From an uncultured Clostridia bacterium (lineage in GTDB: Bacteria > Bacillota > Clostridia > TANB77 > CAG-508), in contig CAJUSU010000004.1 in assembly GCA_910589185.1 (NCBI GenBank), positions 10,195-74,194 on the forward strand: a stretch of DNA of 64,000 nucleotides. Direction: 5' to 3'. Position numbers and translations under genes: made by a program. The notes beneath the pieces are model-generated. The model made no database searches. It saw nothing but the letters and a program-made list of their open reading frames with translations, and was not told the DNA's origin. Positions 9,053 through 18,971 of this stretch are shown here, piece by piece; position 1 is the first letter of the stretch, and each line of letters starts with the position of its first letter.

Positions 9053-9829
9053 ATGAAAAAGGAAGCTGAAAACCAGCAAGAAAACAAAACAAAAGAAGAG
9101 AAAATTAAGAATAAGAATTTTGCAGATGCATGGAAAAATGCTTTTAATGGAATTATTTATGCAGCTACCACACAAGGCAATATCAAGAAACAATTAATTA
9201 TTGCAGTTGTTGTAGTTATCATAAGTTTGTTTTTTAACCTCAGTAAAGCAGAATTTCTATGCTTTTTATTTACCATAGTGCTAATCCTTTTTGCAGAAAT
9301 GGTAAACACAGCAATTGAAACAGTAGTAGATTTATATGTAGATGTTTATCATCCAAAAGCAAAAATAGCAAAAGATGTAGCAGCAGGAGGAGTGGTTATT
9401 ACAACAATTAATGCTGTTATTGTTGCCTATTTCTTATTTTTCGATAAAATATCAGACATAGGACTAAACTTTATTGCCAATGTTACCAATTCACCTGTAC
9501 ATCTAGCATTTTCAGTTATGATAGTTGTCATTATTGCAGTATTAGCATTAATTGCGTATGCTAAAACCAATAAGCACAAAGGTCTAAATGCAAAATTTGT
9601 ACCAAGTGGACATACCACAATCGCATTTGCAGCAACCACCATTATATGGCTAGTAACAGATAATATTGTGATTTTAATGTTAGCATTAGTTATGGCAATC
9701 TTAATAGCAGAAAGCAGAGCAGCAGCTAAAGAACATAAATTATCTGAAATCATTTTTAGTGGATGTTTTGGAACAGCAATGACATTGATTTTATATGGAA
9801 TTGCCTATGCGGTGATTCAATTGCTATAA
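9053..9829 (+). CDS. dgkA: Diacylglycerol/undecaprenol kinase (DgkA) fused to a PAP2-family phosphatase domain
   Basis: N-terminal DgkA-like 3-TM region (EMVNTAIETVVD). The C-terminal half has PAP2 motifs PSGHTT and SR....H. Confidence 0.65.
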   Translation: MKKEAENQQENKTKEEKIKNKNFADAWKNAFNGIIYAATTQGNIKKQLIIAVVVVIISLFFNLSKAEFLCFLFTIVLILFAEMVNTAIETVVDLYVDVYHPKAKIAKDVAAGGVVITTINAVIVAYFLFFDKISDIGLNFIANVTNSPVHLAFSVMIVVIIAVLALIAYAKTNKHKGLNAKFVPSGHTTIAFAATTIIWLVTDNIVILMLALVMAILIAESRAAAKEHKLSEIIFSGCFGTAMTLILYGIAYAVIQLL

Positions 9830-9897
9830 ATGTCCGATTGGGGACGTTAGTTCGTCGGACATTTGATAGGACATCTAAATTGAAGGGAGAAAAAGAA

Positions 9898-11025
9898 ATG
9901 GGAGATGCCAAAAGGATGCAAAAGCAAAAGAAAAGTGGAGCAAAAATTCTAATCATTATCTTAATCCTTCTCATTATTGCAGCAGGTAGCTTGTTAGCAA
10001 TGAAAATGATGCAGAATAAAGAAAGCGAAGAGCAAATAGATGCAGCAAATACTAACAAAAATGAAATACAAGAACCAAAGCAAGAAGAAAAGAAAGAACC
10101 AAAAACTTTTGCAGGCAATGAAAGGCCAATTGCTTTTATGATAGACAATAACATTAATGCAATGCCACAAGCAGGTCTAGAACAAGCAGATCTTATCTAT
10201 GAAATTATTGTAGAAGGCGGAGAAACTAGACTTATGATGGTCATGAAAAATCAAAACTTGAAAAAGATTGGACCAATTAGAAGTTCTAGACACTATTTTA
10301 TAGACTATGCAATGGAAAATGATGCTATCTATATTCATTATGGTCATAGCCCACAAGCAGGAACGGACTTTACTAAGTTTGGAATAGATCATATAGAAGG
10401 TGTGTATGATAATGGAAGCAATTTCTGGAGAGATACCACCCGTTATGCTCCACACAATGCTGTTATTTCTACCGCCAATTTAGAGAAAGTTTTAAAAAAC
10501 GAAGGTTTTAGAAGAACTACTACAAAAGAGAATGTACTAAATTATACAGCAGAGGAAGTAGTGTTAGAGGATAAAAAAGAAGTAGTAAAAGCAAGTGATA
10601 CTAACACGACAAGTGAGCCAACAGAGAGAATAACGAACTTAGCAAACAGTGTAACTATCCCTTATTCACAGTATAATACCGTAAAATATACCTACAACAA
10701 AGATACCAAAACATATACAAGATATTCTAGAGATACTGTTCAAAAAGATTGGAATACAAATAAGGCAATTCAAGTAAAAAATATTATTATTACCAAATGT
10801 GAAAATTCCACCATTGACAGTTATGGAAGACAAACCATTAACAATGTTAAAACTTTAGATGGATACTATATTACAAATGGCAAGTATATTCCAATTAAGT
10901 GTGAAAAAACATCTAGAACAGGACAGACAAAATATAAAGATTTACAGGGGAATGAAATAGAAGTAAATGATGGAAAGACTTTTATTCAGATTTGTCCAAT
11001 TAATAGTAAGATTAGTTTTAAATAG
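9898..11025 (+). CDS. DUF3048-family secreted/lipoprotein-like protein
   Basis: Signal/TM at the N-terminus and a DUF3048-like core (PIAFMIDN...QAGLEQADLIYE..VEGGETRLM). Start chosen at ATG 9898 with RBS GAAGGGAG, not the upstream track start at 9763. Confidence 0.6.
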   Translation: MGDAKRMQKQKKSGAKILIIILILLIIAAGSLLAMKMMQNKESEEQIDAANTNKNEIQEPKQEEKKEPKTFAGNERPIAFMIDNNINAMPQAGLEQADLIYEIIVEGGETRLMMVMKNQNLKKIGPIRSSRHYFIDYAMENDAIYIHYGHSPQAGTDFTKFGIDHIEGVYDNGSNFWRDTTRYAPHNAVISTANLEKVLKNEGFRRTTTKENVLNYTAEEVVLEDKKEVVKASDTNTTSEPTERITNLANSVTIPYSQYNTVKYTYNKDTKTYTRYSRDTVQKDWNTNKAIQVKNIIITKCENSTIDSYGRQTINNVKTLDGYYITNGKYIPIKCEKTSRTGQTKYKDLQGNEIEVNDGKTFIQICPINSKISFK

Positions 11026-11132
11026 AAATGACACAAATATTTGTTTGAAAATATATAGACAAATAAGTAAAGATGTACTATAATAAGTCTAACCTTTTGA
11101 AAGGTAATACTGGAGAAAGGAGGAACAGCATT

Positions 11133-11228
11133 ATGACAGGATATGCATTAGTACTTTTGTTATTGCAGAAAATAGATGAATTGCAAAAAGAATTACAGAA
11201 GTACAAAGACAACGAAAGTAAAAACTAA
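11133..11228 (+). CDS. Possible small coiled-coil protein (31 aa)
   Basis: RBS GGAGAAAGGAGG 8 nt upstream of ATG, followed directly by a strong terminator. MTGYALVLLLLQKIDELQKELQKYKDNESKN. Confidence 0.3.
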   Translation: MTGYALVLLLLQKIDELQKELQKYKDNESKN

Positions 11229-11242
11229 TACATGTATTAGTA

Positions 11243-11277
11243 CAAGGGGTTTCCTTACATTTGCCCCTTGTTTTTTA
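11243..11277 (+). terminator. Rho-independent terminator
   Basis: CAAGGGG...CCCCTTG hairpin followed by TTTTTT. Confidence 0.65.
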
Positions 11278-11563
11278 GTGCTTAAAATAAAAAAATGAAT
11301 ATGTGTTCCTTACTCCACATATTCAGAACAGCTGTGACAGGATATTTTCTTACAACTGTTATTGATATTATAACATCAATTTTATTGTATGTCAAATTAA
11401 AAATTAATATTCACCCAGATTGATTTTTTTGGAGAAAAATTTTTTCTATGATGCGAAAATAATAAAATAATCTGTCGATTTTTGTTGTGTAAAAACAATC
11501 CGTTTGATATAATAAACCTAGCAAAGAACCAATACAATATATTAAATATTGGAGGTAACAATA

Positions 11564-12057
11564 TGAACGAAAATGAAGAAAAAAATTGTAATTGCATGGA
11601 CAAAAAGTTAAAACAAGAAATGCAAGAAATTATGAACCAATATACACAAGTCAAGGACAATTTAATTCCTATTCTAAATGAAGTGCAAATGAAATATGGA
11701 TATATTCCACAAACTGCACAAAAAGAAATTTCTGAATATCTTAATATACCAATGGCTGAAATTTACGGAGTCATTACCTTTTATTCTCGATTCACCCTAA
11801 AACCAAAAGGAAAATATGCAATATCCGTATGCTTAGGAACAGCATGCTTTGTAAAAGGCTCTGAAAAATTGATGGAACGTCTAAAGCAGAGACTAAAAAT
11901 AGAAGAAGGCGAAACTACAGAGGATGGCAAATTCTCTATTGATAGTACACGTTGTGTTGGAGCTTGCGGTATAGCGCCAGTATTTACAGTAAATGGAGAA
12001 GTATATGGTAGAGCAACAGTTAAGAAATTAGACGAAGTTTTAGATAAGCTTGACTAA
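11564..12057 (+). CDS. hydC: NADH-dependent [FeFe]-hydrogenase subunit, NuoE-like 2Fe-2S thioredoxin-fold (HydC/HndA)
   Basis: CLGTACFVKG...CVGACGIAPV motif pattern of the NuoE family. Start at ATG 11564 with RBS GGAGGT. Confidence 0.8.
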
Positions 12058-12075
12058 TCACGAAGGGGAGAAAAG

Positions 12076-13353
12076 ATGTTAGAGGACGAAAGAATAGTAA
12101 AAGCACGTAAGAAGAATATGAAATTATATCCCATATATCGTATGCTAGGGTCAGACATCATTTTTTTATATGCTATAAAGATGTTATTTCTTACACAAGT
12201 AAAAGGAATAAATCCGCAAGATGTAGTAATGTCGCTATCTATGTATGCATTGTTTATGATAATATTGCAACTTCCCATTACTTCATTAATTGAAAAGATT
12301 GGATATAGAAAAAGTGCATTTATAAGTAATGTCTTTAATGTTATTTACATTACCTTACTAATGTGTAGTACTAATATTTGGTGGCTCATTATAGCAGAAT
12401 TTACAAGTGCAATTTCCTTTTCTCTAAAAGATGTAGCTGAACCAAGCTTGTTAAATGCTTCTATTCCGGAAACAGAAAAGAGAGGGAATATCTACTCAAA
12501 ATTAGAAGGAAAAGGAAGTGCGAAATATAACTTTTTAAATGGTATGGCAAACATTATAACAGGTGTATTATATATGGTAAATCCATATTTACCAATGATA
12601 TCTTCACTATCTTGTGCTCTAATTGCTTGTATATTAAGTTTACAGTTTAAGGAGATAAACCAAAAGACGGAAAAGATTACTATTAAAAAGTACATGAATG
12701 ACTTAAAAATATCCTTTCAATTTATATTTTACTCTAAAAGATTAAAAAGTTTGTTAATATATTCAGGATTAATTTGGGGAGTACATTGTTTGGCAAGTGA
12801 ATATAAAGATACTTTGTTAGTAGAAATAGGGACTTCTGCTTTATTAATTGGAATTATAGGAGCAGTATTAGAAGTAGTAGCTTCTATAGCATCGAAAAAG
12901 CAAGGGAAATTTCATAATCGATTTACAAATAAATCTTTATCCTATATTGCAATTAGTTTTGCGATAGGTATTATTATTACAGGTGGAATTGCTCTATGCA
13001 ATATACCGTTTACAATAGAATTAATTGTTATTGTCATAGCATTTGGTATTGAAACTGCTGATAAGTCTATGTCCCTTATTTTAATTAATAGATATTTGGC
13101 TAATTTTTCAAATCAGGAGATTTTGCCTAAAATATATTCAGCAAATTCTATGGTTAAAAATTTTTTAAGAATGATAATAGGAATATTAGGATCAATTCTT
13201 ATGGCAAGGACTAGCACTGCAAGTGCAATGACAATAGTAGGAATTGTCTTATTGATAGTAGTAATAGGATTATTAAAAGCTATGAAGACAAGAGTGGGAC
13301 TAAAACCGGAGGAATATCAAAAAGAGGAAATTGAATGTAGTAGGATACATTAA
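12076..13353 (+). CDS. MFS transporter
   Basis: 12-TM architecture, 425 aa. Confidence 0.75.
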   Translation: MLEDERIVKARKKNMKLYPIYRMLGSDIIFLYAIKMLFLTQVKGINPQDVVMSLSMYALFMIILQLPITSLIEKIGYRKSAFISNVFNVIYITLLMCSTNIWWLIIAEFTSAISFSLKDVAEPSLLNASIPETEKRGNIYSKLEGKGSAKYNFLNGMANIITGVLYMVNPYLPMISSLSCALIACILSLQFKEINQKTEKITIKKYMNDLKISFQFIFYSKRLKSLLIYSGLIWGVHCLASEYKDTLLVEIGTSALLIGIIGAVLEVVASIASKKQGKFHNRFTNKSLSYIAISFAIGIIITGGIALCNIPFTIELIVIVIAFGIETADKSMSLILINRYLANFSNQEILPKIYSANSMVKNFLRMIIGILGSILMARTSTASAMTIVGIVLLIVVIGLLKAMKTRVGLKPEEYQKEEIECSRIH

Positions 13354-13386
13354 TTTATTAAAATAGATATGGAGGGAGTGTAAAGT

Positions 13387-15243
13387 TTGGAAACTCTAGA
13401 AAAGATTAGAAAGATAAGAGAAGAAAAAAGAAAAGAATTAGACCTTCGTGTAAATAGTAATGTGGGAACAAAAGAAAAGCATATTTTAGTATGTCACGGA
13501 ACAGGGTGTACTTCTTCCAAATCTCCACAAATTATTGAAAATTTCCGTAAGATTTTAGAAGAAAAGAAAATAGAAAATGTGCGTGTTATTCAAACAGGGT
13601 GTTTTGGGCTATGCGCAAAGGGCCCTATTGTCATTATCCGTCCAGAAGATACCTTTTATGCACAGGTAACACCAGAGGACTGTGAAGAAATTATCCAAAC
13701 ACACATTATAGAAGGTAAAACTGTGGAACGTTTGCTTTGCCAAGATATCAGTGGAAGGAAGGTGCAAAAACTAGATGACCTTACCTTCTACAAAAAGCAA
13801 AAAAGAATTGCACTTCAAAATTGTGGAAGAATTGACCCAGAACAAATTGATGAATACATAGCTTTTGATGGATATAAAGCATTGGAAAAAGTGTTATTAG
13901 AAATGACACCAGAAGAAGTCATAGAGACAATTGAAAAGTCAGGTTTAAGAGGTAGAGGAGGAGCAGGTTTCCCAACAGGAAAGAAATGGGCTCTTACTAA
14001 AGCGGCAACTGGAAAGCAAAAATATGTTGTGTGCAATGCAGATGAAGGGGATCCAGGAGCTTTTATGGATCGAAGCATTTTAGAAGGTGACCCTCATTCT
14101 GTATTAGAAGCAATGATGATAGCAGGATATGCTATTGGAGCAAATCAAGGATACATTTATGTTAGAGCAGAATATCCAATTGCAGTAGAGAGATTTGAGG
14201 TGGCAATCAAGCAAGCAAGAGAATATGGAATACTTGGAAAAAATATTTTTGGAAGCGGCTTTGAATTTGATGTAGACATTAGACTAGGTGCAGGAGCGTT
14301 TGTCTGTGGAGAAGAAACAGCACTATTAGAGTCAATTGAAGGCAAAAGGGGACAACCAAGAGTAAAACCACCATATCCAGCCAATCAGGGATTATGGATG
14401 AAACCAACTTTAATTAATAATGTAGAAACATATGCCAATGTGACTAGAATTATTTTAAATGGAGCAGAATGGTATAGTAGCATTGGTACAGAGAACTCAA
14501 AAGGTACAAAAGTATTTGCATTAGGTGGAAATGTAGTCAATGTTGGATTAGTAGAAGTACCAATGGGAACCACTTTACGCGAAATTGTTTACGATATTGG
14601 TGGTGGAATTCCAAATGGTAGAGATTTCAAAGCTGCACAAACAGGAGGTCCTTCAGGAGGTTGCATTCCAAAAGAGCATTTAGATACTCCGATTGATTAT
14701 GAGTCATTAAAAGAAATTGGATCTATGATGGGGTCAGGTGGCTTAATTGTTATGGATGACACCAAATGTATGGTGAATTTAGCAAAATTCTATTTAAGTT
14801 TCACAGTCGATGAATCTTGCGGTAAATGTACTCCTTGTAGAATTGGAACCAAGAGAATGTTAGAATTATTAGAAAAAATGACAACAGGAGAAGCACTGCC
14901 AGAAGATTTGAATAAATTAGAAGAATTAGCAGTGAATATTCCAAAAACAGCAATTTGTGGATTAGGGCAATCTGCACCAAACCCTGTACTTTCTACCTTA
15001 AAATACTTCCGAGAAGAATATTTAGAACATGTGAAATACAAAGAATGTAAAACAGGAGAGTGTAAAGCTTTAGCAAAGATACAAATAGACAGTGAAAAAT
15101 GTAAAGGATGTGGAATGTGTAAGAGAAACTGCCCAGTAAATGCAATTGAAGGAGAACCAGGAAAAACACACAAGATAGATGAAGCTACTTGCATCAAGTG
15201 TGGAACTTGTATATCTGTTTGTCCATTCCATGCGATCGGATAA
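13387..15243 (+). CDS. hydB: NADH-dependent [FeFe]-hydrogenase subunit, NuoF-like (FMN/NADH-binding, 51-kDa family) with N-terminal 2Fe-2S and C-terminal 2x[4Fe-4S] ferredoxin domains (HydB)
   Basis: GRGGAGFPTGKKW FMN motif, the CGKCTPCR soluble-ligand-binding motif, and CKGCGMCKRNCP / CIKCGTCISVCP ferredoxin motifs. TTG start. Confidence 0.85.
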   Translation: METLEKIRKIREEKRKELDLRVNSNVGTKEKHILVCHGTGCTSSKSPQIIENFRKILEEKKIENVRVIQTGCFGLCAKGPIVIIRPEDTFYAQVTPEDCEEIIQTHIIEGKTVERLLCQDISGRKVQKLDDLTFYKKQKRIALQNCGRIDPEQIDEYIAFDGYKALEKVLLEMTPEEVIETIEKSGLRGRGGAGFPTGKKWALTKAATGKQKYVVCNADEGDPGAFMDRSILEGDPHSVLEAMMIAGYAIGANQGYIYVRAEYPIAVERFEVAIKQAREYGILGKNIFGSGFEFDVDIRLGAGAFVCGEETALLESIEGKRGQPRVKPPYPANQGLWMKPTLINNVETYANVTRIILNGAEWYSSIGTENSKGTKVFALGGNVVNVGLVEVPMGTTLREIVYDIGGGIPNGRDFKAAQTGGPSGGCIPKEHLDTPIDYESLKEIGSMMGSGGLIVMDDTKCMVNLAKFYLSFTVDESCGKCTPCRIGTKRMLELLEKMTTGEALPEDLNKLEELAVNIPKTAICGLGQSAPNPVLSTLKYFREEYLEHVKYKECKTGECKALAKIQIDSEKCKGCGMCKRNCPVNAIEGEPGKTHKIDEATCIKCGTCISVCPFHAIG

Positions 15244-15266
15244 GTAGAAAATTAGTAGGAGAAATT

Positions 15267-16580
15267 ATGATACAAATAAATCCAAAAGATATTGAACTAT
15301 TTTCAGAGCAATATCATAAAGATGTGAAAAATCAAGAAATAGAAAAAGCAATTACTCAAAAAGGATTAGAAAAAGCGTGTCTAAATCAAAAGATAATAGA
15401 AGAAAATGAGTTTTCTTTTAATTTAGAACTATCAGAAACCAAGAGATATGATCAAAAAGAAAGTTTAAGATGTTGGATTTTGGCAGGAATCAATATGATA
15501 AAAAGAAATATGGCACAAAATCTTAATATCAATGATTTAGAACTTGAGCTTTCAGACAATTATATTGCCTTTTTTGATAAATTAGAAAAGTCAAATGATG
15601 TATATGAAAAAGCAATTCAGGCTAAAACGGAGGATATAGGGAAATTTACTAAGAGATTAGAAAATTGTGTAACAGAATGTGGAAACTATATGACTTTCCT
15701 TACTATTTTAGAGAAATATGGCATCATACCGCAAAATGCTATGAAGCAAGCAGTAGAAAGTAGAAATGCTGATAAAATAACGTTACTATACAGAGAAAAA
15801 GTAAAAAAGGATATTTTTGAATTATTTCAAGAGAAAAAAGTGAAAAGTAAAAAAGAATTAAGAGAAAAAAAGAAGCAGTATTTACAGGAAAACTATATTT
15901 TCTTAGCTAAAATTTTAGGAGAACCACCAACTAAATTTCAATATGTCTATGAGAATAAAGAAGGAAAAAAGGTTATACTAAAAAATATGACACCATTAGA
16001 GTTCAAAGAGCAATTTTTAAGTATGAAAATGCAAGATTATATCTACCTAGAAAATTGTAAAGGGTGGGAATATGAGCAGAAAAGGATAGATACCACAGTA
16101 GAAAATGTATATAAAAAAAGTAGTGTAAAACTGATTAATATGCCAATAGAAGAACTAAAAAGAGCAACGATTGAACAACTAAAAGACGGAGTACCTGTCT
16201 ACATGGGAATTAACATGTTAAGGGATAGAAAGTTAGATAGTGGTGTATTAGATACTAGACTTTACGATTATGATGAAATGTTAGGAAGAAAAAGAATGAC
16301 GAAATATGAAGGAATCAAAATGAAAGAAAGGACATTACATCATTGGATGACTATAACAGGAGTATACTTAGAAGACGGAAAAGCAAAAAGGTGGAAAGTG
16401 GAAAATAGCTATGGAGAAAAAGAAGGAATTAATGGCTATTTAGTAATGAATGATAACTATTTTGAAGAATATGTTATGCAAGTAGTAGTCAACAAGAAAT
16501 ATTTAAAACCAAAGCAATTAGAACTAATCGAAAGAAAGGAAGAACATAGTTTGCAATACTACATCAAAGAAACTACATAA
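15267..16580 (+). CDS. pepC: Aminopeptidase C (C1-family cysteine peptidase, bleomycin hydrolase-like)
   Basis: Active-site Cys context QKESLRCWILAG and ~440 aa length. Start at ATG 15267 with RBS GGAGAAATT; the upstream track start would overlap hydB. Confidence 0.75.
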   Translation: MIQINPKDIELFSEQYHKDVKNQEIEKAITQKGLEKACLNQKIIEENEFSFNLELSETKRYDQKESLRCWILAGINMIKRNMAQNLNINDLELELSDNYIAFFDKLEKSNDVYEKAIQAKTEDIGKFTKRLENCVTECGNYMTFLTILEKYGIIPQNAMKQAVESRNADKITLLYREKVKKDIFELFQEKKVKSKKELREKKKQYLQENYIFLAKILGEPPTKFQYVYENKEGKKVILKNMTPLEFKEQFLSMKMQDYIYLENCKGWEYEQKRIDTTVENVYKKSSVKLINMPIEELKRATIEQLKDGVPVYMGINMLRDRKLDSGVLDTRLYDYDEMLGRKRMTKYEGIKMKERTLHHWMTITGVYLEDGKAKRWKVENSYGEKEGINGYLVMNDNYFEEYVMQVVVNKKYLKPKQLELIERKEEHSLQYYIKETT

Positions 16581-16603
16581 TAGAAAAGAATAGGAGAGAA
16601 AAG

Positions 16604-17176
16604 ATGAAATATTTTAAAAAATTAGTAGGAGATAGAATTTATTTATCACCAAGAAATAGCCAAGATGTAGAGTTATTTACCAAATGGCTCAATGATTTTC
16701 AAGTAACAGATTATACAGGAAGAAGCGGAAGCATTGTAACTCTAGAAGGAGAAAGGCAATATTTGGAACAAACAGCAAGCGAAGAAAATAGATACTTTGT
16801 AATTGTTACATTAGACAAAGACGAGATGATAGGAACTGTTAGTCTAGAAAGAATCAATTATGTCAATAGAAGTGCGACATTAGGTGTATTTATTGGAGAG
16901 GAAGCATATCGAAATGGAGGATATGGAACAGAAGCAATTAACCTAATTTTAGATTATGGTTTTAACTATCTAAACCTAAACTCTATTCAACTAGATGTAT
17001 ATGCTTTTAATGAAAGAGCGATTGCTTGTTACAAAAAATGTGGTTTTCAAGAAGCTGGTAAAAGAAGACAGGCTACTTTTGTAAATGGAAACTATTATGA
17101 TATTGTGCAAATGGATATTTTAAAAGAAGAATTTGAACAAGCAGGAAAAGAATATATACGTAATAAAAATGTATAA
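16604..17176 (+). CDS. GNAT family N-acetyltransferase (RimJ/RimL-like)
   Basis: 190 aa with a GNAT core (VFIGEEAYRNGGYGTEAINLILDYGF). Confidence 0.75.
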   Translation: MKYFKKLVGDRIYLSPRNSQDVELFTKWLNDFQVTDYTGRSGSIVTLEGERQYLEQTASEENRYFVIVTLDKDEMIGTVSLERINYVNRSATLGVFIGEEAYRNGGYGTEAINLILDYGFNYLNLNSIQLDVYAFNERAIACYKKCGFQEAGKRRQATFVNGNYYDIVQMDILKEEFEQAGKEYIRNKNV

Positions 17177-17196
17177 AGAAGAAAGGAAGAGGTATT

Positions 17197-18951
17197 ATGG
17201 CAGAATTACCAAAAGTACACTTAACCATTGATAATAAAGAAGTAGAAGTTCCAAAAGGAACAACAATTTTACAAGCGGCAAGACAAGCTAATATTGATAT
17301 TCCTACACTTTGTTATTTAAAAGAAATTAACGCTATTGGTGATTGCAGAATGTGTATCACAGAAGTGGAAGGAAGAAAAGGATTTGCCACTTCTTGTATT
17401 CAGCAAGTAGAAGAAGGCATGGTAGTACATACTCATTCACCAGCAGTAATTGAAGCAAGGAAAATGATATTAGATTTAATTTTATCTAACCATCATCGTG
17501 ATTGCCTAACTTGCAGTCGAAATGGAAATTGCGAATTGCAAGCATTAGCAATGAAATTCAATGTACAAAGTGTACGTTATGAAGGGGCTAAGAATGAACA
17601 CAAAATAGACGATAGTTCACCATCTATTGTACGTGATTTCAATAAATGTATTTTATGTAGAAGATGTGTATCAGCTTGTAAAAAAGTACAAAAGGTCGGT
17701 GCTATTGATGCGGTAAATAGAGGCTTTACCTCTTGTATTTCAACAGTAGGAGACCATAGTCTAAATGATGTGAACTGTACTTTTTGTGGTCAATGTATTC
17801 AAGCATGCCCAACAGGAGCCTTACATGAAAAAGATTCCACTGAAGTAGTATGGGAAAAATTAAGAGACCCAGAAAGCTATGTCATTGTGCAAACAGCACC
17901 AGCAGTAAGGGTAGCTTTAGGAGAAGAATTTGGTATGCCAATTGGCACCAATGTAACTGGAAAAATGGTAGCAGCCCTTCAAAGATTAGGTTTTGACAAA
18001 GTATTTGATACCAATACTGGTGCAGATTTTACCATTATGGAAGAAGGAACAGAATTTATCAAACGCTTGCAAGAAAATGACCACCTTCCAATGATAACTT
18101 CTTGCAGTCCAGGATGGGTAAGGTATATTGAAATGAATTATCCAGAAAACTTACCACACTTATCTAGCTGTAAATCTCCACATGAAATGTTTGGAGCACT
18201 TTTGAAAACATATTATGCTACAAAACAAAAAATCAATCCAGAAAAAATCTTTGTTGTTTCAGTCATGCCCTGCATTGCTAAAAAGTTTGAAAGACAAAGA
18301 GAAGAAATGAAAGACAATGGGCTATATGATGTAGATGCAGTACTAACAACTAGAGAACTTGCCAGAATGATAAAACAAGCTAACATTGAATTTGTGGAAT
18401 TAGAAGACGAAGCTTTTGATGACCCAATGGGAGAAGCAACAGGAGCAGCAGCTATTTTTGGTGTAACAGGTGGCGTAATGGAGGCGGCTTTAAGAAGTGT
18501 ATCGGAAATTGTAACAGGAAAGCCATTAGAGAAAATTGAATTTGAAGAAGTAAGAGGACAAAAAGGGATTAAAAGGGCAACAATTAAAATTGGGGACCAA
18601 GAAGTAAAAGCAGTTGTAGCAAGTGGATTAGGTAATGCACAAACGATTATGGAAGAAATTAAAGCAGGAAAAGCAGACTATCAATTTGTAGAAATTATGG
18701 CTTGCCCAGGCGGATGCATTATGGGTGGAGGACAACCGATTAAGAGTAGCAAAATTAGAGAAACAGTGAATGTTGCTAAAAAGCGCTCAGAAGCAATGTA
18801 TAGTATTGATGAAAGAAGTACGATAAGACTTTCTCATAAAAATCCAGTACTACAAAAAATCTACAAGGAATTCTTAGGAGAGCCGGGTGGACACCTAGCA
18901 CATGAACTATTACATACACATTATGAAAAAAGGGAGAAATATAGGATTTAA
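17197..18951 (+). CDS. hydA: [FeFe]-hydrogenase catalytic subunit HydA
   Basis: N-terminal 2Fe-2S and 4Fe-4S domains, and the H-cluster motifs TSCSPGW, MPCIAKK and MACPGGCIMGGGQP. Confidence 0.9.
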   Translation: MAELPKVHLTIDNKEVEVPKGTTILQAARQANIDIPTLCYLKEINAIGDCRMCITEVEGRKGFATSCIQQVEEGMVVHTHSPAVIEARKMILDLILSNHHRDCLTCSRNGNCELQALAMKFNVQSVRYEGAKNEHKIDDSSPSIVRDFNKCILCRRCVSACKKVQKVGAIDAVNRGFTSCISTVGDHSLNDVNCTFCGQCIQACPTGALHEKDSTEVVWEKLRDPESYVIVQTAPAVRVALGEEFGMPIGTNVTGKMVAALQRLGFDKVFDTNTGADFTIMEEGTEFIKRLQENDHLPMITSCSPGWVRYIEMNYPENLPHLSSCKSPHEMFGALLKTYYATKQKINPEKIFVVSVMPCIAKKFERQREEMKDNGLYDVDAVLTTRELARMIKQANIEFVELEDEAFDDPMGEATGAAAIFGVTGGVMEAALRSVSEIVTGKPLEKIEFEEVRGQKGIKRATIKIGDQEVKAVVASGLGNAQTIMEEIKAGKADYQFVEIMACPGGCIMGGGQPIKSSKIRETVNVAKKRSEAMYSIDERSTIRLSHKNPVLQKIYKEFLGEPGGHLAHELLHTHYEKREKYRI

Positions 18952-18971
18952 AACTAGGAAGGGAGTTTCGT

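Noticed and set aside
9763-9897. Upstream extension of the DUF3048 gene
   Set aside because: It would overlap dgkA-PAP2 and the stem-loop. ATG 9898 is preceded by GAAGGGAG and starts a typical signal/TM region.
13815-15197. Several minus-strand ORFs (13815-14078, 14157-14384, 14385-14573, 14790-15197) antisense to hydB
   Set aside because: They lie entirely inside a well-supported NuoF-like gene, are Ser/Pro-rich as is typical of antisense frames, and have no RBS.
15189-15266. Upstream in-frame extension of pepC overlapping the end of hydB
   Set aside because: ATG 15267 has a proper RBS and gives the conserved PepC N-terminus. The extension would overlap hydB by 55 nt.
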